Positions 1 through 11,650 are shown, counted from the whole stretch's first letter. The stretch: DNA of 63,629 nt, filler included, from Olpidium bornovanus S191 (GCA_017911155.1; 31 parts of 31 records of this genome joined end to end with filler, not necessarily neighbours in it); one strand, 5' to 3'. Made by a program: numbers and translations. Notes: generated from the sequence alone by a model not told the origin.

Positions 1-1390
1 CATGAGACTTTTCCCGACTCTCCCTACGAACCGGCGGAGATCTGCTCTCAGATTGGCCCCGACTGTCTTTGCGGGGTGGCGGTGGTGGATTTAGAGTGCT
101 GCCCGCGTTGACTGCGACAGCCAGTGAACAATACTTTGCGCAGATAACGCTGCCGTTCAGATTGAGGAAGCCGCTGCGGTTGTCCAGCGGAATGCCGCAT
201 TGATCGCAACGGAAGCACGCCGTGTGTAATATCTATCGATCACCCGGGTGCGAAGTAATCAGGTCGGCGGAGATCGATGAAGTGCTCGTGGACACCAATG
301 GTGCAGAAGCCTTAGCCGAACCCACCTTACCCGCGGCCTCGTAGGCCGCCTCTCCCTCGCGAATACTCAGATTACAGTTGTCACAAGGTCCCTTTGTACT
401 TGGAAACGGAAAAGTGTCATTCCTGGAAGGTGTGAGCAGCTTGGCGGCCTGATACTTTATAGGACTCGTTCCGCCCTCTTGACGCCCCACAGCGTAGTCC
501 GCCTCGGCGATCCGCCTGTCACCGGAGGCCCCGGTAGGATCAACTAGTGGGTAGGTCGCCGCCGACGGGGATGTTTCTGATAACGAACCAAAGCCGCTCG
601 GCGGTCCGAAAAATGACGAGGTGTGTGGCTCGAACAACTTTGGATCTTTCAGCCTCTCGAGCACCGGTGGCGGTGTTGGCGGCTTGAACTCTTCACGTGT
701 GAGAGAGGTCGGAGGGGTTATCCCGTATTTCCGCTGAATGTAGCCCTGAGCGTCTTGGCCGGCTCCTCCGCCAAAATTCGGTCCCGCGGACATCGGCTGC
801 CGGGTCTCGCGGTCACCTCCTCGTCCGTCTTCGCTCAACCTGGCGTACATGCCTTCGTCGACCTTGTCACGAGAACCATACCACAAACCGCCGGGATGCG
901 TACGAGGAAAAGAAATTGGCTCTGCGGAGCGAGGACCCTCGGAGCGGCTCTCACCGCCGTCGCCTCTCCGCTCGTCGACTTCGGAAAGCCGTCGAAGCTG
1001 CTGTGGCGGAAGCGGCAGGGCGGTGCGGAGGGCGGGTTCGGAGTTCCAGCGATCTCTCCCGCCGTACGGCCGATCGCCGTCCGGCTCGAAAGGGGTGCGG
1101 GCCGGACGGCCGAAATCCGCATCCTGCACTTCCTCGCCGCCGAAAAACGAATCAAGCCGCGCTGGGCCTTTGCTGATCCCGGCCGATAACAACCTTTCCG
1201 TTTTGTCGTCGTCCGTCGGCTCGTCGTCCCGCGAGCCACCGACGGGAGTGCCCGGCTCCGGATGCTCCCGAGGGCGATCGGCGGCGGCCGAGGGCGATCG
1301 TCCGTGATCAGGGTCGCCCGCCGCTGTGGGACGGTTGTATCCCAAGCCCTTTTCCCCGTCGGCGGATGTTCGGTCACCCGACACGATCAT
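1..1390 (-). CDS. LIM-domain protein, partial at both ends, with a long disordered region
   Basis: The ORF 1390->326 ends CDNCNLSIREGEAAYEAAGK. A GT..AG intron (325-233) splices in frame to ILHTACFRCDQCGIPLDNRSGFLNLNGSVICAKYC, completing the LIM C-x2-C...H-x2-C-x2-C-x2-C...C pattern. The second exon stays open to base 1. Confidence 0.8.
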
Positions 1391-1491
1391 GNNNNNNNNN
1401 NNNNNNNNNNNNNNNNNNNNNNNNNNNNNNNNNNNTTAATTAATTAANNNNNNNNNNNNNNNNNNNNNNNNNNNNNNNNNNNNNNNNNNNN

Positions 1492-2621
1492 CATGGTGGC
1501 CGCTGGCAATCCGAAACGTTTGAACGCGAGCAGGTAAACCGGGTGCGGAGCCCATCCACGCGGCTGACAAACTCCCGCCCTTCCCTACTCCGGTCCGTTT
1601 CGGTCCGCATTAACGCGACCAGGCCGGAAGCGCGCACTCACGGCGGGCGCACTACGGCGAATCCGTTGCGAATCTCTCCGCTATGTACTTGCCGGACGAG
1701 CTGCAGGGTCCCGCCAGCGGCTAGGCGGGCGCAGAAAGCGCTCTCGCCGCACGCGAACACGGACTCTTTGTTCCAGAAGGCCACGAGATCACGTAGCCCC
1801 TTCTGCGCCATCCCTTGGGAAAGCGGTGGGAATCCACCGAAAGCCGGCGGATTTTTTTTGGCAGGGGGGTCAGGGGGGGGGGGCGGGGGGGGGGGGGGGG
1901 GGGTGGGGCAACGCACAGACCCGACGTTCGGCGGGCAAGAAAAAAAAAAACGCGGCGTGTCCCGTTTATCGCGAACCGGGCTCACTTCCGCGGGCCGGGG
2001 TGTGTGTGTATGTCGGGGCGTCGTGGGGTTCCGGGGGTGTGGGTTACCTTCCGTCGACGAGATGAGCGCGTGATGATCCGCCGTGTGGACGCGCAGCACG
2101 TCCTCGTCTGGCATCGGGTCCGCCCCCAAGTCGTGGCCCCCCACCCAAAAAAACACACAAATAAAGAGCGCGTCAGCGCGCGCGATCGTTTGACGCGGGA
2201 GGCTCTAAGCCAAGGAAGCCCGGGGGATGCGTCTTCCTCCCCGCAAACGGGGGGGAATCGCGCACGTACCGGACGCTTCCACGGCTTGCACCTCGCGGCA
2301 CCTGCGCAGCAGCCCGGAAGCCTCGAGCTCGTTGCTAATAGCGACCAGACGGCAGAACGACTCCGGGTGGTCGAACTCGTCTCCCGAGCCCGGCAGCGGC
2401 TTGTGGTTGACGAGCCTGTAGTCGAGCACGTACCCGGTCGTTGCTAAGGCGGGCAGCCGCGCCGGGGCGGCGGCGTCTGGGCCGGACGACGACGACGGCG
2501 CAGGTGACGGCGCAGGCGGCGGCCCAGTCCTCCTACGCGACCTCGCCCTGACGGCGGCGGACGGCGCCGACGAGCGCTGATGCGGGTGCGCCGCGTGCAG
2601 CTTCGTCCCGCTCCGCTTCAT
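1492..2621 (-). CDS. Class II histone deacetylase (Hda1/Clr3/HDAC6-like), N-terminal part, multi-exon
   Basis: Successive exons give TGYVLDYRLVNH..DHPESFCRLVAISNELEASGLLRRC, DEDVLRVHTADHH, SVFACGESAFCARLAAGGTLQLVRQVHSGEIRNGFAVVRPP and, at the contig start, GHH (RPPGHHA motif). Confidence 0.88.
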
Positions 2622-3716
2622 ATATCAATCCCCGTCCCGTCGTGGGCGCCGGGGGTGCCTGTGTGCGTGTGTGGAGGGATATTTTTTCTTTTTTACTATT
2701 TTTTATTTTTTTTTTGTCTAGAACCCCAGTCACGTGCAAAACCGTGACCTTCAAAGTATGTACAAACACGAGGGGCCCCGCTGCCCGCAGAACTCCGCAC
2801 CAACCACGAGACATAACCACGGCCCGGGCAAATCGGATGGCAGAACGCCAAACCACATATGTGCGACCGAATCCGCATTCCACGTCAAAGGATCCGAACC
2901 CTACAATGTGTGTCCGTGCCGGTCGTTGTTCAGGCTGCTTGCTCCCCTTGCGCCAAGTGGACCACTGCAGGAGGAGTTGAGGACGCCGGACAACATCCGT
3001 GTCGTCAGCACCGCACCCCAGAACCGGACAGCCCTAGAACAGGCCATGAACGGGTGGGGTGGACACCGAGCTAATCCACTTTGCAGCCTCAATGATCCTC
3101 AATTCTACTACGTAAAATGTCAGAACTAGCTGCTTAGACATATACCAAAACTAGATTGATCAACGNNNNNNNNNNNNNNNNNNNNNNNNNNNNNNNNNNN
3201 NNNNNNNNNTTAATTAATTAANNNNNNNNNNNNNNNNNNNNNNNNNNNNNNNNNNNNNNNNNNNNCATGCCTGGGTGAGTGCCGATGCCCGCGCGAGCGA
3301 CGACGCCTGCGCGGCGGCGGTCGCGATCCCGCGTGCGTGTCGCCAAAAAACGGTCGGTGTCGGCGTGTGGTGTCGTGGGGCGGTGGAGGTGCCGTAGTGC
3401 GGCGGAACTTTGCCGGAAAGTGGCAAGTCGCAAAACGCCACGTTTGGCCGGAAGTGCTTGGTCGCTAACGCGACGGACGCGGTTGGCCGGCGCTGAAGTC
3501 GCAGCCGAATTTTGCAGTTCGCAGCCAAATCTGCAGCCGGATTCGCAGCTCCCAGGGTAGAATTGCAGGCAGATCTAAGGGTACCGCCACAGTATGCAGC
3601 ATGTGCACAGTGAGGAGGGCTGACAGCTTTTTGGCCGGGGAGAGGGTTCTGTAAAGTTCATCGGTCTTTCGAAGACGCCTCTTCTGAAAGTCGGAGCGGG
3701 GTGGGGGGCGGAGGGA

Positions 3717-3870
3717 TGTAGGATTCCCGTGTCTCCCTTTTGGGGAAAGAAGAGCTTTTCGGGGCTCATGTATTCTGTGATTCTACCAGGTTTTATAGAG
3801 GAGTTCAGGGGTAAAAAAATCGGCGGGCGAAGTGCTCTATCCTCCCTGGAACCCCCTTTCTTTCTCGTCA
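3717..3870 (-). mobile_element. Ty1/Copia 3' LTR (154 bp, TG...CA), PPT at 3871-3879
   Basis: On the minus strand it reads GAGGTGGGG|TGACGAG...CTATAAAACC...ATCCTACA. It lies just downstream of the Copia RNase H remnant and closely matches the LTR at 4865-5105. Confidence 0.75.
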
Positions 3871-3994
3871 CCCCACCTCACTGAGCTCGCCGTACTTGCC
3901 CATGGTCAATCTAAATGAGGGAAGTGAATCTACCTTTACCGGGCATGCCGCTGGGGGATTTCTGGTGTGCACGACGCCTCTGATTACGTGCGCG

Positions 3995-4790
3995 GCTCCT
4001 CATCCTCAATGGCCCTCACGCCGACCATTTCTCCGAGCTTGATGAGCTTAATCTTGTCCAATGACTTGGTGAACAGGTCTGCGGGATTCTCGGCGGATTC
4101 CATGCGTTGGATAATAATGCTGCCTTCCTTCACGCACCAACGAAAGGTGGTGAAACCGGATATCTATGTGCTGTGACCTCTTTGACATTTTATTATCCAT
4201 GGCTAGTTCCGCGGCACACGTGTTACCGATTTTTTAATACTGCTGGCTTGGCGACAGTCAGCGGTTCGATCTCGTTGGTGATTGCGCGTAACCATCGGAC
4301 TTCTTGCGCTGCCGCTGATCCGGCTATAAACTCTGCCTCACATGACGACGTAGCTACGCATTGTTACCTTGCGGATCTCCATGATACTGGTCCCCCTGCA
4401 TACCATATATGGTGGGGGACGCGCTGCGTAGCTAAGGTTAGATGTAGAGGTAGGGCTGCCTGTCATCTCAACACCTGTTGTCTCGACACTGTACCTTAAA
4501 TGCGTTTTCTCGAAGAGCCCGTTGAAATGCTCTTCGAAGGATTGGCTGGTGACAATTGACGTGCTCTCTGTAGCACCCGTATCATCCGTACTGACTTTAT
4601 TCCAATGCGCTTTGATGCGCCCATCAAAGCACCCGCCCCGGTGGGCTGGACGGCTTCCCCGGGGGGAGGGTATAAAAACCCCCTCGGGGAGTGCGCCCCA
4701 CAGGTGAATTCGCGCTTCGTCCTCACCCGAACACAACAACAAGAAAACAAATGCTCCCTCTTCCCGCTCCGCCCGTCGCTCCCAGCTCAC
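3995..4790 (-). pseudogene. Degenerate Ty1/Copia pol (RT remnant plus RNase H)
   Basis: Translation gives YAGGPVSWRSAR*QCVATSSCEAEFIAGSAAAQEVRWLR, then with frameshifts KRSQHIDIRFHH..ENPADLFTKSLDKIKL. It has an in-frame stop and frameshifts. The RT-like assignment of 4420-4790 is weaker. Confidence 0.85.
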
Positions 4791-4864
4791 GCTCCTCCGC
4801 TTCCGGCCCCGCTTCCGCAGCTATGGACCTTACCATATGACTATGCCTGTGGTGGGGGTGGGGG

Positions 4865-5117
4865 TGACGAGGTGGGAGGAGGGGGGTGGGGGTGACGAGG
4901 TGGGAGGGGGGGGGGGGAAGGGGGGGGGGGGGGGGGGGGAGGGGGGGGGGGGAGGAGAAAGAAGGGGGTTCCCAGAGAGGATAGCGCCCTCCCCCCGCCG
5001 ATTTTTACTCCTGAACTCCTTTTTATAAAACCGGGTAAAATCACGGAATACATGAGCCCCAAGAAGCTCTTTTTTTCCCCAAAAAGGAGACACGGGGATC
5101 CTACAGGTTATGAGCAC
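4865..5117 (+). mobile_element. Ty1/Copia 5' LTR (noisy poly-G insert) plus primer-binding site GGTTATGAGCAC (5106-5117)
   Basis: TGACGAG...ATCCTACA is followed directly by GGTTATGAGCAC. It is an inverted near-copy of 3717-3870. Confidence 0.75.
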
Positions 5118-5404
5118 AACCGTTAGACTCCGTCCAAAACGTCCTAATCCAAACCATAGAAGGAAACGCCCGCTGTGGAGGTTTTATCAGCGGTGTGTCG
5201 GCACCCGCAGCGGGAAGTGGTCCTGCTGGTGCCGAGACGTGTATGACTGAGGTACCGATACACGCGGGAGGGGGGGTTTATCGAAGGGAAGCGCGTGAGG
5301 GGGCTGAGTATCGGTATGAGATGATAACCGGGGAGGGAGGGCACCCCAGGGAGAACCGTTTTGGGAGAAGGGTTATAGCTCTTCTAACCGAAAGGGGGGG
5401 GGGT

Positions 5405-6017
5405 TGTGAACGACTGGAACCAAAGGAGATAAAGGTAGACGAGTGCACAATGGAGGGCGGAGACGGCAGACGGCGGGCGGCGGAGACTGCACCGCGCGGT
5501 TCGGAACGCCGTAGAGTTTCTACAAGCTTTTAGTTTGTTTTGTATGGCGTCGGCGTGTGGGATTTACAGGGGGAAGAAAGGAGGGATGATTCCCGCAGGA
5601 GTCTGCGCCACCAGCTACTTCTGGCCCCCTTTCCTCCTTTTCTCCAACACCCCACCTCTCCTAGGGAATCTATCACGCCCATGGTCACGTCTATCTGCCT
5701 ATATATTGCCGCTCCTTCTTTTCACGGCGCTTGGGCTCAGGCGGTTAGCCCGTTTGCTGCCTATGCGGGACGTAGGCCGACCATTCCACAAAACTTGGCA
5801 AACTTGATCTTATCTAAGGGCTTGGTGAACACGTCCGCGGGATTCTCAGTTGTCCCTATGCGGCGTATGTTGATGCTTCCCTCTGCAGCGCACCAGCAGA
5901 GATGGTGGTACCGGATGTCGATATGTTTCGACCTCTTCAACACCTTATTGTCCGACGCTAGCTCTGCCGCGCCCGTATTTGTCGATCATCAGCTCAGTCG
6001 GTTGGGCGACGACATGG
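5405..6017 (-). mobile_element. Second Ty1/Copia 3' end: RNase H C-terminus (5761-6017), PPT and LTR starting at 5649
   Basis: NTGAAELASDNKVLKRSKHIDIRYHHLCWCAAEGSINIRRIGTTENPADVFTKPLDKIKFAKFCGMVGL*, then GAGAGGTGGGGG|TGTTGGAG. The distal LTR boundary near 5405 is uncertain. Confidence 0.8.
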
Positions 6018-6117
6018 NNNNNNNNNNNNNNNNNNNNNNNNNNNNNNNNNNNNNNNNNNNNTTAATTAATTAANNNNNNNNNNNNNNNNNNNNNNNNNNN
6101 NNNNNNNNNNNNNNNNN

Positions 6118-7590
6118 CATGCCTGATTTTGACGCCGCGTCAACTGCCCAGCCAAAACCGGCGCCAAAGACCACCTACCAGCCTTCAATACAAGTGCGAG
6201 AAAAAGGAGATTTGACAAGAAAGAAGATGAAAGAGCGCCAGGCGCAAGTCCAGCTGAACATCTCTCATAGCCAGGCGACTCCGCCGGCAGAGCCGGTGGG
6301 GTTTCGCACCGCGCCGCTTCCTTGTCGCATGCCAGATTCCTCGCGGGCGGACGCATTTTTTTTTCATGTTTTGCGGAGTAACATGTCCGATTGCTTTTCT
6401 TCCTCTGCTTTCGCAGCAGGAGCAGGTGCAATCGCCCGAGCCGCTCGCGGAGACGGGGAACCGCGCGGCGCCGGCCGGCGGCAAAACCAGGGCGAAATCT
6501 GCGGCCGGCCGTTGTCCGACGGCAGGGACGGTTCCCCGGAGCCAGCTGTCCACCGACGCCTCCTCGTTTGCGCTGCAAATGCCGCAAGCGAACCGCGGGT
6601 CGGGCGCGTCCGAGGCCGAGCGGCGCGCCGCGTCGTCGCCGAAGCAGGTAAAGCTGACGGTCGGCGCCATCCTGCGGGAGGAAGCGCTGGTGAAAAAGCG
6701 CACCGCGGAGGAGCACGCCAAGGTCGCGGAGGCCGAGGTCCTGATGAGGGATGGCAGAGAGTACGGGAGGTGGAGGGCGGAGATGAAGATGCGAGGTAAA
6801 ATGCCTGCACACCGTTTGTGCAGGACGTGCCTTGCAAGTTTTTATGTTAACGTCGGATGCCATCCGTCGACGCGGCAAATCTCTCCGCTCGTTACCTCCG
6901 CCGAATCTTGCTCGCCTTTTGAAGACGAAGAGGAGAGAAGGATGGACGCCGAGCGACGCCGGCTGGAGGTGCAGATCTTGCACGAGGAAGCGATTGCCGT
7001 AAAAGGCGAGGTCGTCAAGGAGAAGCAGTAGGCAGAACGGTTTGATGCGTCTTCCGCGGGAAATCAGTAAGCGCACAGGCTCACAAAAGCTCCTCGAACG
7101 TTAGCGAGGTTGCCCAGGAGGTGAAAGCCAAGTCGGCCCAGCTGAAGGAGTTGGCAGAAGCCGAGCAGCACGAGTTGGCCCAGGAGAACGCGAAGAAAAT
7201 AGAGCAGACCCAAGCGGGCTATGCCAGAGTGCTCGAGGCCAAGAAGAAAGTCGCGGAGGAGAACCAGAAGAAAGGTTCGGCGGCCAATCTGGGCCCGGCT
7301 CGAGAAGCTTGCACAGATGTCCCCCTTAGCCCCCCCCCCCCCCCCCTCCCCCAAATTCTTCCTTCGAACTGACCGACTTTTGGTGACCAAAATCAAGCGG
7401 AAGAAATTCAATCCGCGAATGCTGCGATGCAAGAGAGGGCGAAGCGCGAGGCTGCTCAAGAGCATGCAAAGAAAGTGGAGCTGATCAGGCAGATCCGGCA
7501 GCTCGAGGCCATGCCGCTGCCGCGGAATAAGGCTGTGGACCTGACCGAAACTGCCGGCGACGGCCTATTGTCCGAGATGTCCATCGTTGA
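6118..7590 (+). CDS. CFAP99: Cilia- and flagella-associated protein 99, partial, multi-exon
   Basis: VKLTVGAILREEALVKKR, RRRLEVQILHEEAI and ELIRQIRQLEAMPLPRNKAVDLTETAGDGLLSEMSIVE match CFAP99 motifs as I recall them (AILREGAL; DLTETAGHGLLGEMS). The exons are coiled-coil and separated by GT..AG introns. Confidence 0.75.
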
Positions 7591-7747
7591 GGTACCAAAC
7601 TTGAGCCGCGTTGCAGGGAAGAATTCGATANNNNNNNNNNNNNNNNNNNNNNNNNNNNNNNNNNNNNNNNNNNNTTAATTAATTAANNNNNNNNNNNNNN
7701 NNNNNNNNNNNNNNNNNNNNNNNNNNNNNNACGGGGAGTCTACGTTT

Positions 7748-7882
7748 GGGCTCATAACCTGTTGAATTCGGGTTTGAAGGAGCTCCGAAGAGCTTCTGTA
7801 TTCCGCCGGTCTGCCCGGTTTTATGGAGAGGATTCCAGGGGTGAATTCAGGAGCGTCGGGGGCGTGATCCCCTTTCCCAACA
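7748..7882 (-). mobile_element. Ty1/Copia 5' LTR (7760-7882, 123 bp, TGTTG...CAACA) plus PBS GGTTATGAGCCC (7748-7759)
   Basis: The LTR has 5-bp inverted termini and a CCATAAAACC core shared with other LTR copies. The PBS follows the CA end immediately. Confidence 0.8.
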
Positions 7883-7978
7883 CCACCCCTCCCCCCACAC
7901 ACACACACACACACGCCCCCGCTTAGGGAGGCGGCAGCGGCGGCGCAAACAAAAAGGTGCTGCCGCCGTTGCCGCGTC

Positions 7979-9150
7979 ATGGAGCCGCTCGCCGCCCAGA
8001 CCGCCCAGTGCCCGTGCCCCAACCCCGGCATACCGACCGGAGAAGACGCGGAAATATGACTGCGAGCTAAGATTCCAAAGCGATTTCGAGTACGCCGACT
8101 TCACGAAGGTCGGGCCGCGTCCCCGGTCGACGAGTGTTCCAAGGCGCAGCGACAAGGTGCTCGTCGACTTCCTAGGCTCTCTGATCGAGATTCTCATGGG
8201 TTGTTTAGGCAAGTAGCAAACAGGCTGTTTTTTGGTTCGGCAAAACATTTGGTGAGAATCTCTCTGCGTCTCTCTGGATCGGACCAAAAAGGGCATCCTG
8301 GGGAGTGTTTGACTCGTTTTGTGCGTCCTACGAGGTGCACGAGGCTTCGGACTTGGTCCCCCAGGAGCACCCCTCAAGAGGCCGCAAGCAAAAGTGGCTC
8401 GCAGGAAGTGTTGCCGGAGGTGGCCGACCGCTGGTCCAGCATGCAGGCCGTCCGCGACTACCGGGCAGAAGACCCAGACACGCGTGGTCAACCTGCCGGA
8501 GAAGAACATCGCCGGCTTCAAGACGTAAGTGCTGATCCTCGGCGTGCCGGCACCGGACGGCGGCCTGTCCCTGCGGCGCCCCAACCGCGACGTCCAGCCC
8601 GGCAACCCCGTCTACTGAGCGGTCGGGTTGGGGGGGGGGGCCGCATTTCCCCGATCGTTGACTCCCAGTCAGGGGATGTCACTGAAGAATTGATTACAAC
8701 GAAAAGGGGTACAAGATGGGCAAAATATTTTAGAGATAGGCACTGGGCCCCCGGGAAGTGCATATTGCACGCGGGTAAATGTCCGTCGACTGTTCTCCGG
8801 AACGAGAAGTGACGGCGCACAGCATTGCGCGCTCTCGGCACACCGCGGGAAAATGATTAGTAATGAATAGCATATCTTGTCTAAATTTTATCTAGTCTCT
8901 ACCTCCTGGCGAAGGCGCTTGCGCCCGTGCGCTCCCGCACCTTCGCGCGCACGCCCAATGCAAACGTCGATGTCTGCTCCACAAACGCGCATCGACAAGT
9001 CCCGTGAACCTGCATAATCCCGGAAGCCTGCGAATGCCCGGGAATCATCGGGGAACCTTCCAATCTGGGGAATCTGCGGGTTTTAAAGGAGTCTGCGAAT
9101 ACCGGTTTCGGCTCCGGCTCCAAAACTCTGATGGATTCCATCGTAAACAT
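7979..9150 (+). CDS. Unidentified multi-exon protein, probably with sequencing frameshifts
   Basis: Protein-like segments with plausible splice sites: RKYDCELRFQSDFEYADFTK, SDKVLVDFLGSLIEILMG, TQTRVVNLPEKNIAGFK|TLYLLAKALAP and KTLMDSIVNIVNG|gtaaga. I recognise no family. Confidence 0.3.
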
Positions 9151-9961
9151 TGTAAATGGCGTAAGAACACCGTAAAAGCCGTAGGCAATGGTTGGCCCGG
9201 ACATGGTTGCACCGCGCTGCGCCTCAAAGCCCTGCGGCAGCCAGTGTATGGTCAGAACCCATCAACATTTGTTGCCTTGGAAAGCGTTCCCCCATCCCCC
9301 CTTCTTCCCCCCCGCCCCAGAAATATGACACAAAATGTATGGGAAAAATGATGATTCGGAAATTAAAAAAGACATCAAATATTGTAAGACACCAACATAA
9401 CGGTTATTAGAGGTTTCTCGGTGTGTGTGCGAGATGGCTGAAGAAGCTGAGCTTTTGTTGCGCTTCCCAAAAGAGGGCATCTGGCCACTGCCGGAGGTCC
9501 AGTCCGCCAGTTCCATTTCACGATATCCCCCATTTACCCTGCCGCACACGTTGAATAACAGGGGTGGGGGAGAATGGCTGCACAGAGCAGCTGCGATTGC
9601 GGGAGTCATACCAAAAAGCATGAACGAAATCACCCAACACAGAAGCTTGTTGCTTATCTTTTATCCGGGCGGACCGCACTCTCGTTTAACTTGGCGTGCT
9701 ACACGCTTAACATTGAAGCGGGCTGGGTATACGGCGCCATTTGTTAATTATTTAAGTCAAAACCAAAAGAAAAAAACCGCCCCCGCCCCCCTTCCCCCTC
9801 CCTCGCCCTGGGCGGTTCCTCACGAGGAGCGCACGGTACATTGCGTCTGTGTACGAGAGACTGAAATTTTTGTTCGCACTTATTTTGTGTCTTGGACGGG
9901 GATGGGGATTTTGCCACGGTAAGAGAGCGCGCGGAGGGCTGTGAATGCTTGGGGGGGAGGG

Positions 9962-9992
<31 letters not shown>

Positions 9993-10077
9993 CGGGGGGG
10001 TGGGGGGAGGGGGGGGGGGGGGGGGGGGGGGGGGGAGAGGGAGGGAGGGAGGGAGGGACAGACGGAGGGGGGAGGAA

Positions 10078-10153
10078 GTCTTGAATTCTGCGTTCGAAAG
10101 GAGCTCGCGGGAGCTGCTCTATTCCGGGAATCTACCCTATTTTATACAGAGGA
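10078..10153 (-). mobile_element. Truncated copy of the Copia LTR family at a contig end
   Basis: CTTGAATTCTGCGTTCGAAAGGAGCTC..CTATTCCGGG..TTTTATACAGAGGA aligns by eye to 7760-7830 and 56729-56800. Confidence 0.55.
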
Positions 10154-10286
10154 NNNNNNNNNNNNNNNNNNNNNNNNNNNNNNNNNNNNNNNNNNNNTTA
10201 ATTAATTAANNNNNNNNNNNNNNNNNNNNNNNNNNNNNNNNNNNNNNNNNNNNGCCCCGTGGGGGGGGGGGGGGGGGGGGGTGGGG

Positions 10287-10328
<42 letters not shown>

Positions 10329-10671
10329 GAAAAAGCAGGACGGACGGGTTTTCGCCCGGTTGCCCCGGGGGAAGGGAGAGGACGCGCGCGCAACGGGGGG
10401 GTGGGCGGGGAAGGGGGACGCGGGGGGCGAGGGGGATGAGGTTCGCGAAAAACGGGCATATGTCGAGAACAAAACCGGGATTTCCGGGGGGGGGGAAAGG
10501 GGGTGGGAAATTCGCAAAAAGTGGTCGGCGGAACACCCGGCCCGGCCACCCCCGGTGGGGAGAAGAAGCACAAGCCACCAAAAAACCGGAGGTAAAAACC
10601 CCTCTTCCACCCCTCCCCCACCGCACCCCCCCCCTTCCCCCCGAACGCCCCGGCCACCGCCTGCGGGACCC

Positions 10672-11650
10672 CATCAGGATATAGTTCTTCGCCCGCTTAT
10701 GCCTGCCGTTTGTAGGTGGCGCCACCTCATCCAGCAGGTTCTTGTTGTTCCGCTTGCACTCTTCTCGCAGTGCTTTTTCATCGCCGTACAAGAAAAAAAA
10801 AAGTGGCGAACCGAGCAGAGCCAGGACGGGGCACCGTTTTTTTTTTTTTTTTTTTTTTTTTTTTGGGGGGGGGGGGCCCAAACACACCGCACGTTTAATC
10901 GAAGTTCGGCGTTTCCGATTGTTTTTGCAAACCCACCCACTCCCCTCCCACACCCCACTCTTCCCCCCCCGCTCCCCCCCCTTCCGCAGAGAGAAAATTT
11001 CCACGTTCATCCTCCTCACCCCCACCCTCCTTACCTTTAAGGTCTTCGTCCAAGCGATCGTTGATTGCTTTCCGCTTCACGTTGATGTCCGCAAGTTTTT
11101 GTTTCTTGATCGCGATCACCTCGTGCTTGGGATCGCGAAACGTGCGGAACGTGGGAGGGAGGGGAAAGGAGAGAAAGTGGGAGGGGCGATGTGGTTTGTT
11201 ACTTGATTAAAACCTCCCCCACCCACAAACCTCCTGTTGAAAAAACAATCATCGGATGACAAAACGTATCGCGCGCCGCCGGGGTGGGGGGGGGGGGGGA
11301 GTAGTGTCGATTTCCGGCAAACGTGACTCGTGTTTGTCTTTTACTTCGAATTCTGCCTGGATCTCTTGATCGCGAGCAAGTTTTTCCGCGTCGGCGCAAG
11401 CGTACTGGTGTTCAAAACGGAGTTCCATCCTCGCGATGTGCTGGTCCTGCTGTTCTTGATCGTCCTGCAGGCGCTCGTCCAATTCGTTCGACGTCCCTAG
11501 TACGTGTTTGCGTGGGGGGCAGGGGGGCGGGGGGGGGGGGGGGGTGGGGGGAGTAGTGTCGATTTCCGGCAAACGTGACTCGTGTTTGTCTTTTACTTCG
11601 AATTCTGCCTGGATCTCTTGATCGCGAGCAAGTTTTTCCGCGTCGGCGCA
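10672..11650 (-). CDS. Unidentified coiled-coil protein fragment with an in-frame 252-bp duplication
   Basis: Exon-like segments: LDERLQDDQEQQDQHIARMELRFEHQY..EIDTT, EVIAIKKQKLADINVKRKAINDRLDEDLK and EKALREECKRNNKNLLDEVAPPTNGRHKRAKNYILMG. The flanks are noisy. Confidence 0.35.

Noticed and set aside
1436-1447. Recurrent TTAATTAATTAA palindrome as a biological repeat or regulatory site
   Set aside because: It is always centred in 44+44 N and is a standard six-frame-stop linker added during concatenation.
5106-5117. tRNA-Met gene at the GGGCTCATAACC matches
   Set aside because: Only the 12-nt anticodon arm matches, with no acceptor stem or T-arm. The position next to LTR ends identifies them as primer-binding sites.
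9892-11040. Long Gly/Pro/Lys/Phe-rich ORFs in the track (also 30050-31105, 50436-51403, 53194-54587, 59110-60579)
   Set aside because: They are products of homopolymer runs and stop-poor GC-rich or noisy sequence, or antisense shadows of real genes.
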